NCBI GenBank assembly: GCA_034716415.1
Contig: JAYEJB010000059.1
Location: 68-64,067, forward strand
Origin: Patescibacteria group bacterium
GTDB lineage: Bacteria > Patescibacteriota > Patescibacteriia > SG8-24
Direction of reading: 5' to 3'
DNA: 64,000 bases
Shown: positions 17,519-26,629 of the stretch, piece after piece
How positions within the stretch are numbered: the first letter of the stretch is position 1
How the letters are laid out: the number at the start of each line of letters is the position of its first letter
Notes under the pieces: generated by a model
The model's input: only the letters and a program-made list of their open reading frames with translations
Databases searched by the model: none
What the model was told of the DNA's origin: nothing
Made by a program: the position numbers and the translations under genes

Positions 17519-18898
17519 CTAATAATCCCTCAACTTGATGATGTCCGGATGTTCTTTTATCTTCTCCAGCGCTTTCGCTTCGATCTGTCTGATACGTTCC
17601 CTGGTGACATCGAACTCCTGCCCGACCTCTTCCAGTGTGTGACTGACACCATCGATCAGACCGAATCGCATCTCCAGGATCTTCTGCTCCCGGGGCGACA
17701 ACTCCTGGATGATCTCTTTCACGTAATCTTTCAAAAGCTGCAACGCGGCGGCGCGGTTCGGCGCGACGTTCTTGACGTCCTCCACAAAGTCAACGAGTGT
17801 CGAATCCTCGTCGTCCTCACCGACCGAAGTCTCCAGCGAGACCGTATCCTGCGAAATCTTGATGATGTGCCGCACCTTGTCGACCTCTTCCCCCATCTCC
17901 GCGGCGATCTCCTCGGGAAGCGGCTCGCGACCGAGGTCCTGGATGAGCTGCCGTTCGATCTGCTGGAACCGATTGATCGTCTCGACCATGTGCACGGGAA
18001 TACGGATGGTCCGGGACTGATCCGCGAGCGCCCGCGTGATCGCCTGTCTGATCCACCACGTCGCGTAGGTCGAAAACTTGTACCCTTTACGATACTCGAA
18101 CTTCTTGACCGCGCGGAACAATCCGATGTTGCCTTCCTGAATGAGGTCGAGCAGTGACAGCTGCTTGCCGACGAACTTCTTCGCGATCGATACCACCAGA
18201 CGCAAGTTCGCTTCGATCAGCCTCTTCTCGGCCTCGCGATCGTTGCGCTCCTTGCGTTTGGCGAGCGCGACCTCCTGTTCGGCGTTCAACAGAGGTATCT
18301 TGCCGATCTCGCGTAAGTACATCTGAATAGAATCCGCGGAGATGTCCGTCAAGTCGAAACGCTTCTTTTCTTTGCTCATCCTGATCTGATCCAGAAGCTG
18401 CTCACGATCTTCCTTCCGGCCGATAATCCCCTCTTTCATCTCGATGACGCCGATGCCGATGCCGTCCAATTCATCCAGGAACTTCTCATAGAGATCGGTG
18501 TATTCCTCAAGATCGTTAAAGACGTACAGAACTTCCGGCTCCGTGATGAATCCGCGCTGCTGACCCTTTTCGATCAATACGGCAATCCTTTCCAGCGTCG
18601 GCGGCGCGGATTTCTCCCGTTTTGTCGCTCTGTGTTTGACCGGAGCTTTCTTCTTCGAGACGACCTTCTTAGCTGGCTTCTTCACGGCCTTCTTCTTCGG
18701 GACGGCTTTCTTCTTCGGGACGGCTTTCTTCTTCGAGACGGCTTTCTTCTTCGAGACGACCTTCTTAGCTGGCTTCTTCACGGCCTTCTTCTTCGGGACG
18801 GCTTTCTTCTTCGAGACGACCTTCTTGGCCGGTTTCTTCACGGCCTTCTTCTTCGGAGCGGCCTTCTTCTTCGTCGTTTTCGTTGCTTTCTTCGCCAT
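17519..18898 (-). CDS. rpoD: RNA polymerase sigma-70 factor RpoD with N-terminal Lys/Ala-rich histone-H1-like repeat tail
   Basis: 459 aa; N-terminus ([18 protein letters not shown])n; sigma regions 1.2-4 with [13 protein letters not shown] (region 2.4) and [23 protein letters not shown] (region 4.2 HTH). Confidence 0.9.
   Translation of the reverse strand: MAKKATKTTKKKAAPKKKAVKKPAKKVVSKKKAVPKKKAVKKPAKKVVSKKKAVSKKKAVPKKKAVPKKKAVKKPAKKVVSKKKAPVKHRATKREKSAPPTLERIAVLIEKGQQRGFITEPEVLYVFNDLEEYTDLYEKFLDELDGIGIGVIEMKEGIIGRKEDREQLLDQIRMSKEKKRFDLTDISADSIQMYLREIGKIPLLNAEQEVALAKRKERNDREAEKRLIEANLRLVVSIAKKFVGKQLSLLDLIQEGNIGLFRAVKKFEYRKGYKFSTYATWWIRQAITRALADQSRTIRIPVHMVETINRFQQIERQLIQDLGREPLPEEIAAEMGEEVDKVRHIIKISQDTVSLETSVGEDDEDSTLVDFVEDVKNVAPNRAAALQLLKDYVKEIIQELSPREQKILEMRFGLIDGVSHTLEEVGQEFDVTRERIRQIEAKALEKIKEHPDIIKLRDY
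18640..18890. repeat. nested tandem DNA repeats (21-bp GACGGCTTTCTTCTTCGRG subunits inside ~100-bp units) encoding the RpoD lysine-rich tail
   Basis: Direct tandem repetition visible in the sequence; coding, in frame. Confidence 0.8.
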
Positions 18899-18959
18899 AA
18901 CTCAAAATTCGTGAGTGCCCCTAAATTCCGAGGACACATAAACGGACCGTTCGGGACGG

Positions 18960-20777
18960 TTAACCCATGATTTCGTTCAATTGTTCCTGTATCTCCCGAA
19001 TTCTTTCCATGTCACCCTTTTTTTCTGCCGCGCCCATGGCCCGGGCTAATTCTTGTTTTTGACGGCTTATTTGGAGCGATTCGAGTTCTCCGATAAGTTT
19101 GCCCATCTCTTCCGCGCGCTGTTCGGGGGTCAGTCCACCGAACTCCTTTTCCGCAAGGAGTTCCAGGATTACGGCCCTGCGCGCTTCTTCATGACTTTCG
19201 CGCGCTTCCAACCAGACGTGAAACGATGGAGCATTGTCGCCATCGTGCTGAATTGCATTATAGAAACCCCTGAAACTACTGTAAAGTCCGGCATATTCAG
19301 GATGTATACCCTCGGACAGGACCGACTCAATCAATCTTCGGGCTTCTTGGGGCCAGGAAAAGGCCATTCCGACCACATATTCGGTCACCAACGACTCGCG
19401 ATTTTTACTCTTTTTAGCCTTAATTGGCGCATCTGTCGTCGGGTCCGGACTGACCTTCCGACCCTCATACTTTCCGACTTTCAGACCCTTCAATTTCTCG
19501 AAAAGAAGCGATTCCGGCGTACTGAACAGCTGTGCGGCCTTGGTAACCCAATGAGATCGTTCCACCGGATCCGGAATCTTAGCCACCTCGCGCAGAAGTT
19601 CGTCGGCTGACCTGCGTTTCGACTCCCCATCACCGAAATCCGTCCGCTCCGAAGCGATTTCGGTGTACCAAGCCATGTACGGCACCGCGTCCTCGATCGC
19701 TTTCTTCCAGAGCTCGACATCTTTTCTGATACAGTCATCCGGATCCTTGCCGACACCTTCGGGAAGACGCAACACGCGGACAGCGAATCCCGCCGCGACA
19801 GCCGAATCGATCCCGCGACGCGCGGCGTTCTCGCCGGCGGCATCATCATCGAACGACAGCACGACCCGATCCGCGAACCGCTTGAGGACGGTAAGATGAT
19901 CGTCGGTAAGCGCAGTTCCGGAACTCGCGATAACGTTACGGACGCCCGCCTGATGCGATGAGATGACGTCCATGTTCCCCTCGACCACGACCACGGATCT
20001 CTGTTTCCTGATGTCCTGTTTAGCGAGATTGATGCCGTACAAGGCACGGCTCTTATTGTAGATCAGTGTCTGTGGCGTGTTGACGTACTTCGGACCGTCC
20101 GGATCCTTGCCGTCCGCGCCCGGCATGATACGTCCGGTGAATCCGATCACTTCTCCGTTCACGTCGAATATCGGAAACATCAATCTCCCGCGGAAACGAT
20201 CGTACTGTCCGGTGCCCCGTTCACTCTTCACCGCCAACCCCGCGTTGAATATCTCCTGCTCATTGAAGTCACGCTCCTTCAGGAAAGACGATGTGGCTTC
20301 CCAGGAATCCGGCGAAAAACCGAGCATGAAATTCTCAACGGTCTCATCCGACAACGCGCGACACTTCACGTATTCCCTGGCCGCCTCCGCTTTCGGAGAC
20401 TCAAGCAGTATCTTGTGGTACAGCTTGGCGGCCAGTCCGTTGACCTCGTACAACCTGCGTTTCTCCGAACGCTGTCCGTCGTCGGGCCGCCGCTCAAGTT
20501 TGACGCCGGCCTTTTCCGCGAGAAGACGCAGTGCGTCCGGAAATTCCAGCCCCTCTATCTTCATGACGAAGCTGAACATGTCGCCCCCTTCGCCGCAACC
20601 GAAGCAATGCCAGATCTGCTTGTCCTGCGAAACGAAAAACGACGGGGTCTTCTCCTGATGGAACGGGCAAGGCGCCTTGAAAGACGTCCCTGCCTTACGG
20701 AGCTGCATGAAATCACCGATTACCTCGACTATGTCGAGCCGGTTCTTGATCTCCTCGACTGCGCCGTCTCCTGACAT
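18960..20777 (-). CDS. dnaG: DNA primase DnaG
   Basis: 605 aa; CHC2 zinc finger CPFHQEKTPSFFVSQDKQIWHCFGCGEGGD; RNA-polymerase core and TOPRIM (VVVVEGNMD..DDDAAG) motifs; directly upstream of rpoD in the classical arrangement. Confidence 0.9.
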   Translation of the reverse strand: MSGDGAVEEIKNRLDIVEVIGDFMQLRKAGTSFKAPCPFHQEKTPSFFVSQDKQIWHCFGCGEGGDMFSFVMKIEGLEFPDALRLLAEKAGVKLERRPDDGQRSEKRRLYEVNGLAAKLYHKILLESPKAEAAREYVKCRALSDETVENFMLGFSPDSWEATSSFLKERDFNEQEIFNAGLAVKSERGTGQYDRFRGRLMFPIFDVNGEVIGFTGRIMPGADGKDPDGPKYVNTPQTLIYNKSRALYGINLAKQDIRKQRSVVVVEGNMDVISSHQAGVRNVIASSGTALTDDHLTVLKRFADRVVLSFDDDAAGENAARRGIDSAVAAGFAVRVLRLPEGVGKDPDDCIRKDVELWKKAIEDAVPYMAWYTEIASERTDFGDGESKRRSADELLREVAKIPDPVERSHWVTKAAQLFSTPESLLFEKLKGLKVGKYEGRKVSPDPTTDAPIKAKKSKNRESLVTEYVVGMAFSWPQEARRLIESVLSEGIHPEYAGLYSSFRGFYNAIQHDGDNAPSFHVWLEARESHEEARRAVILELLAEKEFGGLTPEQRAEEMGKLIGELESLQISRQKQELARAMGAAEKKGDMERIREIQEQLNEIMG

Positions 20778-20788
20778 GTACCTGTCCG

Positions 20789-21601
20789 TTATTTAGTCAC
20801 GTCGATCAGCTGATCCATACTTAACCGCGACGGCATGACGTTGGGCGCCAAGTCACCGCCACAGATCAGCATCTGCTTCGAATGATGGAAAAACCAGCCG
20901 GCATCCGGTTCACGCCTCTTGAGCTCATCATTGATGGGTGTGAGGTCGATACCGCTTTCGACGCTGGCGCGGATGGAATGATAACTGTGCGCCACGTTCA
21001 TGGTCACGACCAGATTGAAACCCTTCCTGTAGGCGAAGACGTCGGCATCATGAGCCGATGTCTCGATCGCGACCGCCAGACCGACCATGGATTCGAATTC
21101 GATCCGCTTCTCCCAGTCTTTTTCGAGTCGGATCAGGTTGAACTGTGTGTGCAGTAGCGCGTCAAGGATGGCGAACCCGATCGACGCGACCGCGTGCGAA
21201 TCCTTGCCGGCCCGGTCATACTCTCCGCGCAGGACCGCCGACACGCTGAAGTCACGATACTCGATCATCGCCAGTTTGCCGGTATCCTCAAGAAGGACCC
21301 AGTCGACGACGCGACCGAGCGCCTTGGTGATATTACCCTCCAGACTCGCCTTCTCCCTGACATAAGCGAGAACCAACGAGGCAGAACACTCGCCATGGTC
21401 GCCCTTATGCTCATCGAACTTTCCGCGCCCGACTCCGACATAAGTCTTGTTGGGGTCAGCCTCATCCGCGCCACCCTCAACGGGTCCGGCGTTCGCGAAA
21501 TCGATACCGGCGTTCTGATAATCAGGCAGAAAGCGTTTCAAGAGCCACATCGCGCAGACGTCGTCGAGATGGGGCCTGTGGTGAGTGAGAATCGTCTTCA
21601 T
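20789..21601 (-). CDS. hypothetical metal-dependent hydrolase (possible MYG1/UPF0160-like)
   Basis: ~270 aa from MKTILTHHRPHLDDV; His/Asp-rich N-terminal motif; assignment tentative. Confidence 0.5.
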   Translation of the reverse strand: MKTILTHHRPHLDDVCAMWLLKRFLPDYQNAGIDFANAGPVEGGADEADPNKTYVGVGRGKFDEHKGDHGECSASLVLAYVREKASLEGNITKALGRVVDWVLLEDTGKLAMIEYRDFSVSAVLRGEYDRAGKDSHAVASIGFAILDALLHTQFNLIRLEKDWEKRIEFESMVGLAVAIETSAHDADVFAYRKGFNLVVTMNVAHSYHSIRASVESGIDLTPINDELKRREPDAGWFFHHSKQMLICGGDLAPNVMPSRLSMDQLIDVTK

Positions 21602-21980
21602 AGGGCTTAAAGTAGCCAAATTAGCCCAAGATGTTGAGCTTCTCTTATTCCTTAAATTAACCATAAAAAAGAGATGCCGTGAAGAGCGGCATCTGAAGGG
21701 GCGCTTTACTTGCTGGCGCTATATTCGTCGGCCAGACTGCTTATCTTGTGCTTCTCCTCGTCGGTCATCGTCCGGGTATCCCCTGTCTCTTCCATTACGC
21801 TCTGTCCGAAGTCGACACTGTTCCATCCGGAATCGTAACACTGTGCGGCCTCAGGCAACGTGCACCATCTGCTCTTAACCGCCGACGATCATCTCAAAGA
21901 GCGGGAAACGGCTTTGTCGGGACATCTGATTCTCCTGACATCGACGTAAAAATCCCGTCCAATCGGGATTCTCACGTCGG

Positions 21981-22068
21981 TGGCGGAGGGAGAGGGATTT
22001 GAACCCTCGAGACCTCTCGGCCTACCCGCTTTCCAAGCGGGCGCACTAGACCACTATGCGACCCCTCC
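21981..22068 (-). tRNA. tRNA-Ser (anticodon GGA), long variable arm
   Basis: Minus-strand read GGAGGGGTCGCATAGTGGTCTAGTGCGCCCGCTTGGAAAGCGGGTAGGCCGAGAGGTCTCGAGGGTTCAAATCCCTCTCCCTCCGCCA; anticodon loop TTGGAAA; CCA encoded. Confidence 0.8.
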
Positions 22069-22354
22069 GCAGTGGTAGTGGCGTATCGTATTGTAGAACG
22101 AGAAACCACTCTATGCAAGGCGTGAAGCGGGCGGATGCCCGCGATGTCCGACTAACTCCGTCTCAAGTCTGATGCGCAACTCCTTCCGACCGTCAGTGGA
22201 TTTCAGATACCTTTCTCTGCGTAAGGCATCACGTTTTGTCGTATACGCCTCATAGCACATCAAAAGAAGAGGCTTTCACCCCTTCGTCGATCTGACCGAA
22301 CCACTAGACCACTATGCGACCCCTCCGCAGTGGTAGTGGCGTATCGTATTGTAG
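22044..22354. repeat. 53-bp perfect direct repeat (22044-22096 and 22302-22354) spanning the tRNA-Ser 5' half plus 5' flank, bracketing a 205-bp segment
   Basis: CACTAGACCACTATGCGACCCCTCCGCAGTGGTAGTGGCGTATCGTATTGTAG occurs twice. Confidence 0.8.
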
Positions 22355-22385
22355 CCCTAAATTCACTCTGACAGCAAGGACCGGA

Positions 22386-24155
22386 TCAGTTAACCTTCCA
22401 AACATGCACCAACGGCCTATCTTCGTCCGCCAAGGTCTCAAAAATGTACATCAGACTATTGTCACGATCGAATGCCATGGCTCCGACCTGGAACATCACC
22501 TGATCAGATCCGTTCCTGAACATGAACGGCTCAAGGTCCACGGTCGCATACGGTTGTGGTTCCCACGATTCCATCGTACCGGCGGCGACAGCGGCCAGGT
22601 CCGCTGGATCATACATTATCAACTGCGCGACCATTTCCGTGCTCCACCAGCCGCGGGACAACGCGCAATCCAGACACGGGCCATTGATATCACCGTACCA
22701 GTAGTCACCGAGTCCTTTGGTGCCGACAATCGCCACTGCCGCGCGATTCCCTGCCGAGAGCCAGGCCGCGCCGGTCCAGGTGTCAGTGTGATGGTATCCG
22801 TCCATCGTCCTGGCCGTGTCGCTGAAAAGAGCGTCGTTCACGTACGAAGTATCGTATTGCAGCAAAGTTGTCGTGCCGAGCCGTGAACCGGGAGCCGGTG
22901 GATTTCCATCCTGCCAGGGCGCGACAGCGAAGAGCGGCGGGCCCTGACCCGACCAACCGCCGTCGCGATAGCGTCCGGTGATGAGTGTGCGCCCTCCCGT
23001 GTATGCCGCGGCCCAGTCGACGGGCGCTCCGAACATGTAATCGTTGGTGCTGTAGTTATTGCCGTCCGCGACCCACCAGGACCCTCGGGTGTCCGGACTC
23101 GACAGATCGACGTCGCACCACATATGCGACGGGATGTCTTCCGGCGTGCCGGTCTCCTGAAAGTGTTGGCCCCACGCCAGATGCAGCTTGTCGTTCTCCG
23201 GCATATATTCCATGCCGACACGGATGATCTCCACGAATGGATCGAACAGTCCTCCCCTGACGTCCGTGAAATCCTGAAGCGCGACCGCACGATTGAGATC
23301 CACTGGATCCTTCGTCGCCGATATTATCGGTGCGGGAATAGTGACCTCCGATACGCTCATGTTCCAGGCGTGTCCCGTGCCGAACAGCGAACCCGGGTAA
23401 CCGTCGGTCGGGCCGGTGCTGTCACCGGCCGGGTAATGGGTCATGGCATCACCACCCCACTCCCAACCCATCCATTCCGGATGCGTGGGCAGGCGGAAAG
23501 TCCCGCGGTACTCGAAGTCCGAGGCCTGAATCAGGCTGATACCGGTCGGTGTCGGGACTGGAGTCGGATCAGGTTCCGGTTCGGGCGCGGGCGACGGTGA
23601 AGGTGTCGGCGCCGGTGTTCCGGTCAGCCCCTTATCCGTCCTGATATCAGCCGCGCCCGCCATCTGTCCGGAGGGGCTGAAATCGGAACCGCTCTCGACC
23701 GGACGGTCTTCGGTCCTGTAGTTCACGAAAAACGCATCCGGGATGTCACGTACCTGATACCTCCAGTCGGTCCCGTACATTTCACGCGCGGCCGTTTCGT
23801 TCTTGACCCAACGAAGCACGCCGCCCCGCTCGACCGCGTAGACCATGGGCGACGAGATTATCTTGACCAACAGCTTGCCGGGACGATACGTCACGTTTCC
23901 ACCAAGCGGAATGTCCGCGAGTAATCCGGAAGTCACGGTGACCACTCCGGAAAAATCGTCATACCAGCTGAAATACGTCTTCGAGTCCGGAAAGACGTAA
24001 CGATTACCGTCGCTGTAGTAATAGACGGCTGCGTATTCATCCGATTTGATGAGCGACCCGTCGGCCAGCTCGCCCATGTCACTGACCGCCGCGACAGGCG
24101 AACCTAGCATGACGATTGCCAGCAGGACTATCGCTATGGATATGGTTCTTTTCAT
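22386..24155 (-). CDS. secreted hypothetical protein with Pro/Thr/Ser/Glu-rich linker
   Basis: 589 aa; signal peptide MKRTISIAIVLLAIVMLGSPVAA; TPAPTPSPSPAPEPEPDPTPVPTPT linker between two domains; no family recognised. Confidence 0.65.
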   Translation of the reverse strand: MKRTISIAIVLLAIVMLGSPVAAVSDMGELADGSLIKSDEYAAVYYYSDGNRYVFPDSKTYFSWYDDFSGVVTVTSGLLADIPLGGNVTYRPGKLLVKIISSPMVYAVERGGVLRWVKNETAAREMYGTDWRYQVRDIPDAFFVNYRTEDRPVESGSDFSPSGQMAGAADIRTDKGLTGTPAPTPSPSPAPEPEPDPTPVPTPTGISLIQASDFEYRGTFRLPTHPEWMGWEWGGDAMTHYPAGDSTGPTDGYPGSLFGTGHAWNMSVSEVTIPAPIISATKDPVDLNRAVALQDFTDVRGGLFDPFVEIIRVGMEYMPENDKLHLAWGQHFQETGTPEDIPSHMWCDVDLSSPDTRGSWWVADGNNYSTNDYMFGAPVDWAAAYTGGRTLITGRYRDGGWSGQGPPLFAVAPWQDGNPPAPGSRLGTTTLLQYDTSYVNDALFSDTARTMDGYHHTDTWTGAAWLSAGNRAAVAIVGTKGLGDYWYGDINGPCLDCALSRGWWSTEMVAQLIMYDPADLAAVAAGTMESWEPQPYATVDLEPFMFRNGSDQVMFQVGAMAFDRDNSLMYIFETLADEDRPLVHVWKVN

Positions 24156-24173
24156 ACGATTATTCCATTCCGG

Positions 24174-25745
24174 TCAGGAACGATCCTGATCCCCGACCAT
24201 CTCCACCATCGCTTCTGAAATCATTCCGTCGGTCATGTGCTCGATCGGAGCCCAGTCGTCAGTGAAGACACCGGTATCACCGTCATAAGCCACGCGTCGC
24301 GCCGCCAGGAAGGCTTCCGCGACATCCGCGTAATCCTCGGGGAGGCTGCCCGCGACCGCGGTGAAATCAGGCGCGGTATTCCCGGCGATAACGAGCCAGT
24401 TCCACGAACTGCCGGCCTTGAGCACGTAGACATGAGGGAAGACCGAGGCGACCGTGTTGGTCATGACCGTCAGCAGGCGCGAATCGGCATGCGGGGCGTT
24501 GATGTTCATCGCGGCAAAACCCCGGTCAGACAGCCTATCGCGGACCGAAGAAAAGAATTCCCGGGACGCCATGTGAGACGGGATATACAACTGCGTACTG
24601 TACGCGTCGATGATGATGTTATCGTACTGTTCGTCACCGGAAGTCAGGAATTCCCGACCGTCCCGCTCGACGATCTTCAGGGGCAGTTCATCCAGTGCGA
24701 AATACTGCCTGGCTGCGTCGACGACCGCACCATCTATCTCCACGCCCACGATATCCATGACGGTTCCGTCCGGTAGCGCGGAAACGTACTGTCTGACCAG
24801 GGTACCACCGGCAAGACCCAGGACAGCAGCCTTCGAGTGAGGCGTCTCGCTGCCTCCGAGAAACGGAATAGCCGCGAAATGGTCGTAATAATAACGCGTC
24901 CTCCCGCCATCAGGCCGGTAGACCGACTGAACACCGCTCGCTTCGTTGAACGTCAGATAACGGATGCCGCCCCGCTCCTCGATCCTGATGAGCTGATACG
25001 GGGAGTCATGCTCGTAGACCACGGTTTCGGGCCTGCTCCTTCCCTGAACGACGACAAGCGATATCGCCAGCGCCACGACACAGACCGCGATCGGCCTCAT
25101 CACACCCCGCACGAACAGCATCCCGAGAACGCCGAGCACTACCGCAATGGAAATCATGGTCGCGCGCACCCCGAATTCCGGTACGAATACGAGTGTCGGA
25201 GTCACGGTTCCGATGACACTGCCGACAGTCGATATCGCGAAATACTTTCCGGCTACAGCGCCGACATCTTCACCGTCCTCGGCCCATCTCGCGAGTATGA
25301 ACGGCCCAGCCATGGCAAGCAGGAAGACGGGCAGCGAAAAAACCAGGAACGAAACCAGAAGCGAACCCGCAAAAAGCACGGCGGTCGCTCCGCCGAAATC
25401 GGTCAAAAGTTTCGGCACAGAAACGGAAATCCTGCCTGTAGCCCACATGCCCAGCATGAGAAGGACAGATGCCCCGCACAGGAACAACCCCAAGACGCGC
25501 GCATCGGCGAACCTGGACGTGAGCTTACCTCCGAACCAGTAACCCAACGACATCGACAACAGCACGGTCACGATAAGCGCCGTCCAGACGAACAACGACG
25601 CGCCGAAATGCGGCGCCAGCACCCGTGACGCCGTAATCTCGATCGCCATCACCGACGCACCGACGGTAAAAGCCGTGACAGCAAGCATGACGGATTTCAT
25701 CTTATGTTTGACCGTATTTATCATATAGACACACTTTTTTTCCAT
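24174..25745 (-). CDS. spermidine synthase-like (aminopropyltransferase fold) protein fused to N-terminal polytopic membrane domain
   Basis: C-terminal part has LGLAGGTLVRQY..IVGVEIDGAVVDAARQYF..IIIDAYS (SAM-MTase/PABS-like motifs); N-terminal ~9 hydrophobic helices; the track ORF's first 112 aa read through the upstream hairpin, so the start is set at MEKKCVYM. Confidence 0.7.
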   Translation of the reverse strand: MEKKCVYMINTVKHKMKSVMLAVTAFTVGASVMAIEITASRVLAPHFGASLFVWTALIVTVLLSMSLGYWFGGKLTSRFADARVLGLFLCGASVLLMLGMWATGRISVSVPKLLTDFGGATAVLFAGSLLVSFLVFSLPVFLLAMAGPFILARWAEDGEDVGAVAGKYFAISTVGSVIGTVTPTLVFVPEFGVRATMISIAVVLGVLGMLFVRGVMRPIAVCVVALAISLVVVQGRSRPETVVYEHDSPYQLIRIEERGGIRYLTFNEASGVQSVYRPDGGRTRYYYDHFAAIPFLGGSETPHSKAAVLGLAGGTLVRQYVSALPDGTVMDIVGVEIDGAVVDAARQYFALDELPLKIVERDGREFLTSGDEQYDNIIIDAYSTQLYIPSHMASREFFSSVRDRLSDRGFAAMNINAPHADSRLLTVMTNTVASVFPHVYVLKAGSSWNWLVIAGNTAPDFTAVAGSLPEDYADVAEAFLAARRVAYDGDTGVFTDDWAPIEHMTDGMISEAMVEMVGDQDRS

Positions 25746-25775
25746 ACCGACGATGGGGCAGGAAGGGTCGAGCTG

Positions 25776-25835
25776 GAGCGGAGAAAGGGAACAAAGCGGA
25801 GATTGAAATTTTTCTCCGCTCTCTCTGCTTTCTCT
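25776..25835. repeat. GGAGCGGAGAAAGGGAACAAAGCGGAG / CTCCGCTCTCTCTGCTTTCTC hairpin (family also at 31136-31205 and, inverted, 37044-37138)
   Basis: Inverted repeat read directly in the lgt / spermidine-synthase-like spacer. Confidence 0.7.
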
Positions 25836-25849
25836 ACTCAATTTCCTCC

Positions 25850-26629
25850 TCAACTTTCTATTTTTCCAACTTCCTCTCTCTTTACCAACATCCACACACC
25901 CACTCCCACCAACACCATCGCCCCGTACTGCGCCGGTGTCAAATACAGATACCGCGCGTCCGCGTTGGGCAAGTCCCAAGCACGCAGGAAATCGAGAATT
26001 ATCCTGACGATGCCATAGATAATCAATAGCGCGGGCAGATAACGCCAGCGGTCGGCACCGATCTCCCAGCCCCGACGCCACATTATCAGGAACAGCGCGA
26101 ATATACCGAAGCCTGTCAGGGACAACAGCAGTCCGTGATCGAGCCTCGCGCCACCCGGAAAATCGACCGCAAGGAAAAAATCAGTCAGTACGCCCGGATG
26201 GTCATGGATGAGGAAACAACCTAACCTTCCGATCCCGTAACCGATCGGCAGAACGAACGCCCCGACTTCGACATGGCGACGCAATGGTATCTTGCGTCTC
26301 CTGGCGAATAGCCACGCACCGAGCGCGGCACCGAGGTATCCGCCGAAGCTGGACATGCCGCCCTCCCAGACCCGAAAAATCCACAACGGATCCTCCAGCG
26401 TGTGTGACAATCCGTAGAACAATACGAAAATGACGCGCCCGAATATAAGCGCCCCGACCATTACCCAGATCGCCAAATCCATCAGCACGTTCGGATCGAG
26501 TCCGCGCTTGCGCGCGATTCTCCTGCCGACAAATAGCGCCACCAGTAGTCCGGAGGCGACCATGAACCCCCACACATGGATCGTCAGGGGGCCTAGTTGA
26601 ACAGACGAGAATTCGAGATATGGAATCAT
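25850..26629 (-). CDS. lgt: prolipoprotein diacylglyceryl transferase
   Basis: 259 aa, polytopic; GIGRLGCFLIHDH resembling the Lgt GRIGNFIN signature region; W/G-rich periplasmic loops. Confidence 0.75.
   Translation of the reverse strand: MIPYLEFSSVQLGPLTIHVWGFMVASGLLVALFVGRRIARKRGLDPNVLMDLAIWVMVGALIFGRVIFVLFYGLSHTLEDPLWIFRVWEGGMSSFGGYLGAALGAWLFARRRKIPLRRHVEVGAFVLPIGYGIGRLGCFLIHDHPGVLTDFFLAVDFPGGARLDHGLLLSLTGFGIFALFLIMWRRGWEIGADRWRYLPALLIIYGIVRIILDFLRAWDLPNADARYLYLTPAQYGAMVLVGVGVWMLVKREEVGKIES

Noticed and set aside
17477-18157. 226-aa plus-strand ORF
   Set aside because: It is antisense to rpoD, which has unmistakable sigma-70 motifs.
18640-18890. Tandem repeats as a possible CRISPR array
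   Set aside because: The repeats are in frame within a CDS, are not interspersed with unique spacers of uniform length, and have no cas genes nearby.
18632-18970. Plus-strand ORFs with FFFGTAFFF / [10 protein letters not shown] repeats
   Set aside because: They are the antisense translation of the rpoD lysine-repeat region, an artefact of the tandem repeats.
21665-21980. Possible small minus-strand peptide (29-35 aa) and hairpin GATGCCGTGAAGAGCGGCATC between the hydrolase gene and tRNA-Ser
   Set aside because: They are too short and lack an RBS or conservation evidence. The hairpin is noted only as a possible terminator or leader structure.
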